DNA of 64,000 nucleotides from Octopus vulgaris (taxonomy: Eukaryota): assembly GCA_951406725.2 (NCBI GenBank), contig OX597828.1, positions 72,912,001-72,976,000 on the forward strand, in the 5' to 3' direction. Within the stretch, counting starts at the first letter, position 1; each line of letters opens with the position of its first letter. Of this stretch, positions 54,811-64,000 are shown piece by piece. The notes below the pieces were generated by a model, which was not told where the DNA came from, ran no database searches, and saw only the letters and a program-made list of their open reading frames with translations. The position numbers were made by a program, and so were the translations under genes.

Positions 54811-55978
54811 TTGGGTTGCCCGGAAAGTTAGTGCCGATTTATAGTAGCTTACCTTTCGACTTATTTTAGAACATGGTTGAGTCCATAAAATAGGATTTGA
54901 CTACACCTCCATTTAGAGCACATTTAAGCTATCTTTTCGTGGAAGAAGGTTTATGTTCCTATAACCTGTGTTAATTCTGTAACCCTTTAAAATGGAAGAT
55001 AACAAAGTTCATTTTCGGCAATTGATGCTTTTTTTTCCGTAAAAGGAAAAATGCCTCACAAGCAACCAAAGAAATATGCGCAGTTTACGATGATGTTTCT
55101 CTATCCGAAAGAACTGTACAGAAGTGGTTCGCAAGGTTCCAATCTGGAGATTGTAGCCTTATTGATAAAGAGCGATCAGGTAGACCATCCACTGCAGATG
55201 ATGACCAAATCAAGTCATTAATTGAGAATAACCCACATTGCACAACCCGAGAATTGGCAGGAAGCCTCAACCTATCAAAATCCTAGTAAAGCTTCGGTAC
55301 ACAAATCTCTACGATGTTTGGGTACCACTTGAGTTGAGTGAGAAGAACCTTTTGGATCGCATTTCCATCTATGATTCGGTTTATAAACGGAATGGAAACG
55401 GGCCTTTTTTTAAGCAAATTGTGACAGGTGATGAGAAATGGATTATCTACCGAAATATTCAGAGAAAGCGATCCTGGAGTAAGCGACATGAGCCACCCTT
55501 AGCCACCTCAAAGGCGGGTCTTCACCCTAAAAAAGTTTTACTTTGTGTCTGGTGAGATTAGAAAGGAATTCTGTACTATGAGCTTCTCCCAAGTAACCAG
55601 ACAATTCATTCTGAGAAATACTGCAGAGAACTGGATGAGTGAAAAGCAGTAATTCAAGAGAAACGTCCAGAATTGGACAAAAGGAATAGTGTTGTTTCGC
55701 AACATGATAATGCAAGACCGCACGTTTCTTTGGGAACCAGACAAAAATTGCTGCAGTTCGGTTGGAATGTGTTACCACACCCTCCAAATTCACTAGATAT
55801 TGCTTCTTCGGATTTCCACTTATTCAGGTCTTTGCAGAATAGTCTTAATGGTAAAAATTTCAATTCCTTGGATGACGTGAAAAGATACCTTGATGAATCC
55901 TTTGCCATGAAACCACCTTAGTTCTGGAAAGAGAGTATTTTCAAGTTAAAGGAAAGATGGAAACCCATCCAACCAAAT
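54811..55978 (+). mobile_element. Mariner (DD34D) transposon with pseudogenised transposase
   Basis: TA + ttgggttgcccggaaag TIR; ATG at about 54992 (MEDNKVHFRQ). Motifs WVPLELSEKN, IVTGDEKW, HDNARPH, HPPNSLDIASSDFHLF. Frameshifts and stops present; right TIR mostly lost. Confidence 0.92.
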
Positions 55979-56796
55979 TACACGCAGTTTATAATTCATT
56001 ATCTTTATTGTTGTGGGAGCTGTTGTTCTCTTCTAAGTTCTCCCACAACGACTATATCTAAAAGTCAAAAGCATTCCAACCGTGACCATCCTATTCATCT
56101 GTGTGAGGATTCCTGGTCGATAATAACCTACGTGAAATTTTCGAAAACAGTTACATGGGATTTTATGGAGATTTGGCTGCTATTTTTAGCAGTTTAATCA
56201 AGTATTCAAGATCTTGTCTGCGTAGCTACTTCTTCGTTGTCTGGTCACCACGTCAGAGTATAAAGTGCTGCAGAGGCGTCGAATTCAGTATTAGTTACGT
56301 CATTGAATGCGTGTGTGAATATACACCCGTCGTTTCCAACATCCGTCTGTGTGTGTGTGTGTGTGTGCGTGTGTGTGTACGTGTACGTGTGTATGTGTGT
56401 GTGTGAGTGTGTATCTGCACCTGTATGTGTGTACGTGCGTTTTTGTGTCTCTCGATGCCATTTTAGCCTGTAAAAGAATTAAAATATGGATAAAAAGAAG
56501 AGAACACGTAAATGGAGTTGAAGCTGTATGAAAGGATGTGAATGATGGAGGAGAGGCTGCAAAGAATTAATGAATGAAAGAAATAAGGTAGAAAGTAAAG
56601 AAGGAAGAGGAGAATGAGTGAAGGAGCAAGAAGTTAGTCTTTCATCGATTCCAGTGACATTGGCATCAGAAACCGGGAAATCTGACCGCAGACGTGTCTC
56701 GTTTCCCCACTCTGACGACTACAAATGGTTCTTTTGGGTTTTAATGAGCAGTTTAATAAGTATCAAGTATACACAACATATATAAATACATACATA

Positions 56797-56846
<50 letters not shown>

Positions 56847-56949
56847 CATATATAATTACGTATATATACATATGTATATATATATATATATACGTATATG
56901 TATATACATATATATATATATATATATATACATATACATACAGATATAT

Positions 56950-56987
<38 letters not shown>

Positions 56988-57199
56988 AAATACATGTGGG
57001 TGTGTGTGTATGTGTGTGTGTGTATGTGTGTGTGTGTATACATATACATATATACGCGACCATATATATATATATATATATATATATGGATATATAGTTG
57101 TATAATGTATACATGTATATACGTATATACATATCATATATATATCTATCTATCTATATATATATATATATACATACAGATATATATAAGTACATATGT

Positions 57200-57240
<41 letters not shown>

Positions 57241-57291
57241 GGTGTGTGTATGTGTGTGTATACATACACATATATACGCGCCCACATATAT

Positions 57292-57345
<54 letters not shown>

Positions 57346-57875
57346 CATATATATAACATATATATATATATATATATTAGTGTACATATATGAGTGTACA
57401 TGCTCACATATATGCACAACAGTCGGGCAGAAACTGACACGCAAAAACGCACATATACACACACACACCTACACATACATATCTGGCGGAAATTAAAATG
57501 TGTTTGTAGGCAAACGCGTTACATTTGAAATAGTTAAAAAACAAAAACGAAATTGCGAAATAAATGAATAAATCTGTACTAATAATTAATTAGCTTAATA
57601 AACAAGTATCATTAAATAAATAAAGAAAGAAATGGAAAACTAATACATTTAACCGAATCTAAACAGAAATATAGAAAATATTTTGAATAATCCTTTACTA
57701 ATTCAGACTTCAAAATGGGAAAGAAGCAGAAATTAAGGAATATACAAAAAATAAAAGAACCAGAACAGAAATAACTCTGTTGTGTGTGTGTGTGTGTGTA
57801 TTGGTATATGTGTATGTATTTGTTTAAACATATACATATATATAAATCATGTCTGTGTGTGTATATATATATATA

Positions 57876-57942
57876 TGGTGCTATTAAGTTAGACATGGCC
57901 TGGACCAATCTTTGGTCGAAACATATCTAAGTTATCTAAGTT
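57876..57942 (+). mobile_element. Extreme 3' fragment of the CR1-like LINE family
   Basis: Nearly identical to 17506-17572, ending in (ATCTAAGTT)2. Confidence 0.8.
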
Positions 57943-58356
57943 ATATACATATATACATATATATATATCAATACATAAATGCATTAAGATTCTTTTAAAC
58001 GTTAACATCTCTTTTCCATTTTTAACATACTTGTTGAGTGTCTTTGAGATTTATTTCCATAAATTCTCATAACATACCATATACATGTAATAATTTCATA
58101 TTCGCAAAAATCTCACGCCACTAATCTTTGTTAGAAGTCGCTCTTTGGAACCTTCCAAAGGATGAATATAATTCAATCTCTCCACATATATACATACATA
58201 TTTTTTGATAAGTCTCAGCTCAAAGGTGTGGCCATGCTGGGCACCGCTGTTTTGCTACACTGTTATTATTGAGAGCCTTCTCTAATATGTGGCATTTCGT
58301 GAATAAGGGATTTACATGTCGCTACCCTCATTTGCACCTCCTATATATATATATAT

Positions 58357-58634
58357 GGAGGCGCAATGGCCCAGTGATTAGGGCAGCGGACTCGCAGTTT
58401 CGATTCCCAGACCGGGCGTTGTGAGTGTTTATTGAGCGAAAACACTTAAAGCTCCACGAGGCTCCGGCAGGGGCGGGGGCGATCCCTGCTGTACTCTTTC
58501 GCCTCAACTTTCTCTGTTGGCCTGCTCGCTTAGCCAACAGGGTGGTGTCATTTGAAGGCTAAAACAATGCGAAGCGCATTATGACCAGCGATGTGTAGCA
58601 ACATCTGATAGCCTGGTCGGTCACGGTGGTCACG

Positions 58635-58639
<5 letters not shown>
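58357..58639 (+). mobile_element. tRNA-derived SINE with the same head as 51771 but a different tail
   Basis: ggaggcgcaatggcccagtg...aaagctccacgaggctccggcaggg; ends in (gtcacggtg)2. Confidence 0.85.
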
Positions 58640-58677
<38 letters not shown>

Positions 58678-60149
58678 CATATAATTGAACAATGCAATCA
58701 TTACATTACTTTAAATGTGTCTATTTTGAATAAAGGACAAGATTGGGTTGACAGCTCATGGCTAGGTATGGTCATAAATATCATCATATGTATCTCTTTT
58801 CCTAATATATATATAAATATCAAAAGGCGCTTCCTGGCATTGTTGTAGCTTTTCAAGTGAAACGACACCAGTGGCTAGATGGTAGGCCAACATTGACCGT
58901 GTTGGAGCACCCGATTATCGCAATTTTCCGCCATTTATACACCAACGGGAAATGAAATATATTGCTTAAGAACACAACGCACCACTGGTCTGCGAATCGA
59001 AACCACGATCGCAGGTTCGTAGGTTCAACTCACTAACTACAGGGCCAAAAGCGATATTATGGTCTATACAATAATAAGCGATAAACACACACACATAACC
59101 CCACCCCACCCACGCACATTCGTACTGGAAAAGCTTTCCTTTTACGAATGCTTTATTGAATACACGACCATGTTAAGTCTTATCCTTTCTATGTTATATT
59201 TTCTTTTCCTTATTGGCTTTTTACAGTTGGTTTGGAACAATAGAGTCCCTTTTCCATAACCGACGTTTCTAGACCTTCACCGCCTCATTATCAGGAATAA
59301 ACTTTGATATATTAGGCGCTCGAGTTGTTTCTTATATACTGGTTGAATTAGTGCAAATTTCCTTTATGTATAAGCAGTTGCGTGCTGATACCAAATATTA
59401 GATATTAAAATGTGAAATGTGAATTATTAGATATTTGATATGAGATTAGTGTGATATCTGATATACTTAATACAAAAATGAGAATTCTCAAACGTAAAAT
59501 ATGAAAGTTGTAATGTCAAATATATCGAAACTGCTCCAAACAAAATTACTAATTTACTATATTTTAAGTGGGAGCGTTTCTATTCTTTTAAACTTTAATG
59601 TAAATATTTTTATTTCAGCTTCGCTCCATTTTTATTTCATTTTATTCTCCCATTCTTAAATTACCAATGCTTACTCAGAACCAACAATAACAACACGCCC
59701 TAACGTCTAATTTAGTTTCGAGGAAAGAAATTTGGCAATGAATACAGAGTGTGCATTGTTTTCGTTTTATTATGAAAGTTCCAGACCTTTTAGGTGACAA
59801 GCATTGTGACAGCGGAATAAATAAGCGAAATGCAGTGGAAGTTGAAATATTTGATTATTAGGAAAGACAAAAGAAAAGAAAAGAAAATGCCAATTGCCAA
59901 AGACACAACACCAAAATACATTGGCGTATTTAGTTCTGGTAGTTGTACGACTTTACTTCAAAACAGGAGTCGACTGATCTTTTACAATTCTGTGATCGGA
60001 AAAAAAACCCCCAACAATATACAAGTACTGGGATTGAAATAATCGATATGATATATCTCTGTTAGGATTCTTTTCTTTTCCAAAAGTCTAATGCCGCTAA
60101 GCATTTCGTCCAGCGTGCTAACAATTCTGTCAGCTCGCCGCTGCCTTCA

Positions 60150-60151
<2 letters not shown>

Positions 60152-60205
<54 letters not shown>

Positions 60206-60235
60206 GATGATGATGACGATGATGATGATGATGAC

Positions 60236-60270
<35 letters not shown>

Positions 60271-60271
60271 C

Positions 60272-60303
<32 letters not shown>

Positions 60304-60418
60304 CGATGATGATGATGATGATGATGATGACGATGATGATGATGATGATGATGATGATGACGATGATGATGATGATGATGATGATGATGACGATGATGAT
60401 GATGATGATGATGATGAT
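60152..60418. repeat. (AAT)n/(GAT)n microsatellite
   Basis: Direct inspection. Confidence 0.95.
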
Positions 60419-60715
60419 AAAATTTGTGCTGCCAACTCCGTTTTATTTTGAATTGTGGTAATTTAAAGGTGACGGGGAAATAAGGGCAAAGACGGGGTTA
60501 ATAAAAATAGGGATAGGCAGTTCTAGTAGGTCTGATGTCAGGAAAAAAACGATAGAATAGAAGGGTTTTGACAGGCATTTTCATTGTTATCGTTTAGTCC
60601 ACCCAGAGGTGGGTGCAATTTTCCTGACATTTTTAAGGGTATCTGAAACTCAGACCGGAAACCTCACCCGAATGATTATAACAAAGAGAATTTCATTAAA
60701 TGAATTCAAAGGCCA

Positions 60716-60985
60716 GGTGGTGGTGGTGGTGATGGTGGTGGTGGTGGTGGTGGTGGTAGTGGTGGTGATGGTGGTGGTGTGGTGGTGGTGGTAGTGGTGG
60801 TGGTAGTGGTGGTGGTAGCGGTGGCGGCAGCAGCGATGGTGGTGAGGATGGCGGTGGTGGCGATGATGGTAGTGGTGCTGGTGGTAGTGGTGATGGTGGC
60901 GAGGATAGCGGCAGTGGTGGTAGTATTGGTGGTGGTGGTGGTGGTAATGGTGGGAGTAGTGATGGCGATGGGGGTGGTGACGGGG
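60716..60985. repeat. Degenerate (GGT)n microsatellite
   Basis: Direct inspection. Confidence 0.9.
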
Positions 60986-61369
60986 GTGTTACACCTAACA
61001 CCAAATGTTTAAGTTTATGACCCATGAACAGGAAGTGTTCGTATGATGTGCTTTCATGCAGATTCCATCTTTCAAACTGCATTGGGGAGGCTTTGAACAG
61101 CCCGAGGCTGTGGGGAGAGATACTTGCTCGGACCGCCCTGCATCGAAATCGAACCGGAAATTACGCATTTCTGATTGAAGCCTTTTAACCTCACAGCCAA
61201 GCTTGTAGACTACACGACTTTTGAAATGGTGGGAAAGAAGGAGAGGACACAGAGAGGAGAAACGATGCACGCGCGCGCACACAATCTCGCAGGTACGCAT
61301 ACACTTGCACTCACACTTATACACCCACACCCACACATTTATAGATATGAATCTATTTATCTATGTATG

Positions 61370-61434
<65 letters not shown>

Positions 61435-61485
61435 CGGGAAGCTATGAAAATAAACATATTGTATATATATATATAAATAAAACAA

Positions 61486-61581
<96 letters not shown>

Positions 61582-62047
61582 TAAGGATAATCTCTTATGG
61601 TAGTTTATTTATGATGTGTTTAGAATCAGTTCTGCTGAGGATCATAAGACGTAAGTTGAATGTGAAATCACGGTGATACAGAACTAAATTCATTTTTTAA
61701 ATGTCTTGCTTTGAAAAACTGCATTTAGGTATGATTAGTATAATTTTGGTAGTAATGACTTTGTCCCTTTTAGTGTGAGGCATTTATGTGTAATAATGCC
61801 CTCTATACAATATATATATATATATATATGTATGTATATATATATATATAATAAATAAGAGTATGCCCAATGACATGTCACAATTATTTATGCAGACGGA
61901 TGTATATGATTGCATATGTATCATTGGAGTGAAGTAGATATGGGTGAGGTTCTCATTGTGTGTATGTATGTATATATATATATATATATATATAGACAGA
62001 TATATATATACAAAGATATATATGTGGGGATATTGAAGAACATATAA

Positions 62048-62176
<129 letters not shown>

Positions 62177-62519
62177 AATGGTTGTGTCAGTGCAGATATG
62201 CACGTCCATGCATACACATGCACATACGCCTTCACATACGAATATATGTTTATAACGATGTGCTTACAGTTACATAATTAAGTGAAGTTGCTATATGTGT
62301 CTAGTATAGGGGTGTTGACCCTTTTCTTTAAGTGGTGCATCAATTGTGTTGTTTGTATTGCAATTAACTCGATCATTGGCAAGTTCAGCATCCTTGCCAA
62401 CCCCCGAACCCAACGCATAAATGTTATTCTTGTCCGCCAAATTCATATCCGTGTCTCTTTAGTCACGTAGTTAAGAACCGGTGTATGTATACAGGTGTGA
62501 ACGTGTCTATAAGTGCAAG

Positions 62520-62757
62520 TACTAAGGGCGGCGATCTGACGGAAACGTTAGCACACCGGGCGAAATGCTTAGCGGTATTTCGTCTGTCGTTACGTTCTGA
62601 GTTCAAATTCCGCCGAGGTCGACTTTGCCTTTCATCCTTTCGGGGTCGATAAATTAAGTACCAGTTACGCACTGAGGTCTATATAATCGACTTAATCCCT
62701 TTGTCTGTCCTTGATTGTCCCTTCTATGTTTAGCCCCTTGTGGGTAGTAAAGAAATA
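62520..62757 (+). mobile_element. Full-length SINE family B with 12-bp TSD
   Basis: TSD tataagtgcaag at 62508-62519 and 62758-62769; highly similar to 18226-18459. Confidence 0.9.
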
Positions 62758-63257
62758 TATAAGTGCAAGCTTTATGACAAACCTGTGTAATTACATCACT
62801 GACAGGCAATGCCAGTCACCTTCACGCCAACGGAAATACATTAATTTAACCCTCGGCCATCATGTCACTCTGTCTTCTTACTTTTCTACCATTACTATAA
62901 CGTTTTCTGGTCTTCTAAAGTTGCCCACTTTGTATGATGTCTTCTTTCAAATTCGCTCAAATCAAATGAGAGCATGAACGATCAGGCGTAAACTGGTGCG
63001 AAACGACAGCACAAACTCCTGCACCTCCTGCAATCCCTTTTGTGTGCCACTCCTTTTAAACGATGGCAGTTGTAATCACATAAAAAATGAGCGAGCTTCT
63101 ACGCATTGTTCAATGCTAGACAGAGCAGTCATATGTTCACGTGATGTACTCATCACATCTACAACAATGGTTATCACTGCTTTATTAGTCTTTGTGTTTA
63201 AGGGTTAAATACCCGAGTAACATTTCTTCCTTAGCAGGGTATTTCTTCTCAAGGGCT

Positions 63258-63659
63258 CTCTTTTACTTGTTTCAGTTATTTGGCTGCGGCCATGCTGTAG
63301 CACCGCCTTTAGTCGAGCTAATCGACCCCAGGACTTATTCTTTGTAAGCCCAGTACTTATTCTATCGGTCTCTTTTGATAAACCGCTAAGTTATGAGGAC
63401 GTAAACACACCAGCATCGGTTGTGAAGCGATGCTGGGGGGGGGGACAAACACAGACATACAAACATATACGCACACATACATATATATATATGCATATAT
63501 ACGACAGGCTTCTTTCAGTTTCCGCCTACCAAATCCACTTACATGGCTTTGGTTCGCCCGAGGCTAGAGTAGAAGACACTTGCCCAAGGTGCCACGCAGT
63601 GGGAATGAACCCAGAATCATGTGGTTGGTAAGCAAGCTACTTACCACTCAGTCACTCCT
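63258..63659 (-). mobile_element. Full-length SINE family C
   Basis: Homologous to 35513-35916 over its whole length. Confidence 0.9.
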
Positions 63660-64000
63660 GTTATGTCAGAGGAAAATTACCTCAAAGCAGTGTTCCTCAT
63701 GCTGAATACACATAAATTGGGATCTCACTTAAATGTTGTTGTGAGCTGATAACTTACTATTTATGATTATCCACGCAATTAGTAGACATACATGTGTCTA
63801 TGTGGCAGCCTATATCTTGCTTTTAGGTGTCCATAGGGCGGCGAGCAGACATCGATATCCTCCTGTGCCTTTCCCGAAACTTTGTGGTCATTCAAACATT
63901 TAGACACAACAAGCAAGAGAGTCAATATACTATATATAGATAATTATTTTTAAGATAGACACAAGGGCTGAGAATTTCTGGGCAGAGTCAAGTCGCCCAC

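Overview
Eukaryotic, AT-rich, microsatellite- and transposon-dense animal DNA. The repeat landscape suggests a coleoid cephalopod such as Octopus, but that is inference. The only host gene I can support is the 3' end of a TRPC (canonical TRP) cation channel on the + strand. It has five exons (1489-1687, 3636-3794, 5228-5284, 7830-7905, 9549-10015) that splice in phase and encode the LFW pore helix, S6, the EWKFAR TRP box and the C-terminal tail, followed by about 5 kb with no SINEs (probable long 3' UTR). The rest is mobile DNA: several tRNA-derived SINE families, CR1-like and R4/Dong-like LINEs, a Tx1/L1 fragment, mariner (DD34D) and maT-like (DD37D) transposons, and a deleted Helitron carrying a 38-bp tandem array. 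Most notable are foldback elements in or next to TRPC introns (461-732, 8357-8765) whose arms fold into minimal type I hammerhead ribozymes with a palindromic helix III, one with a rare G3-C8 core. There is also a 256-bp inverted local copy inserted inside a transposon TIR, and several nested palindromes. Most ORFs in the supplied track are microsatellite artefacts. Coordinates were read by eye and may be off by a few bases; element boundaries are approximate unless a TSD or terminus is cited.
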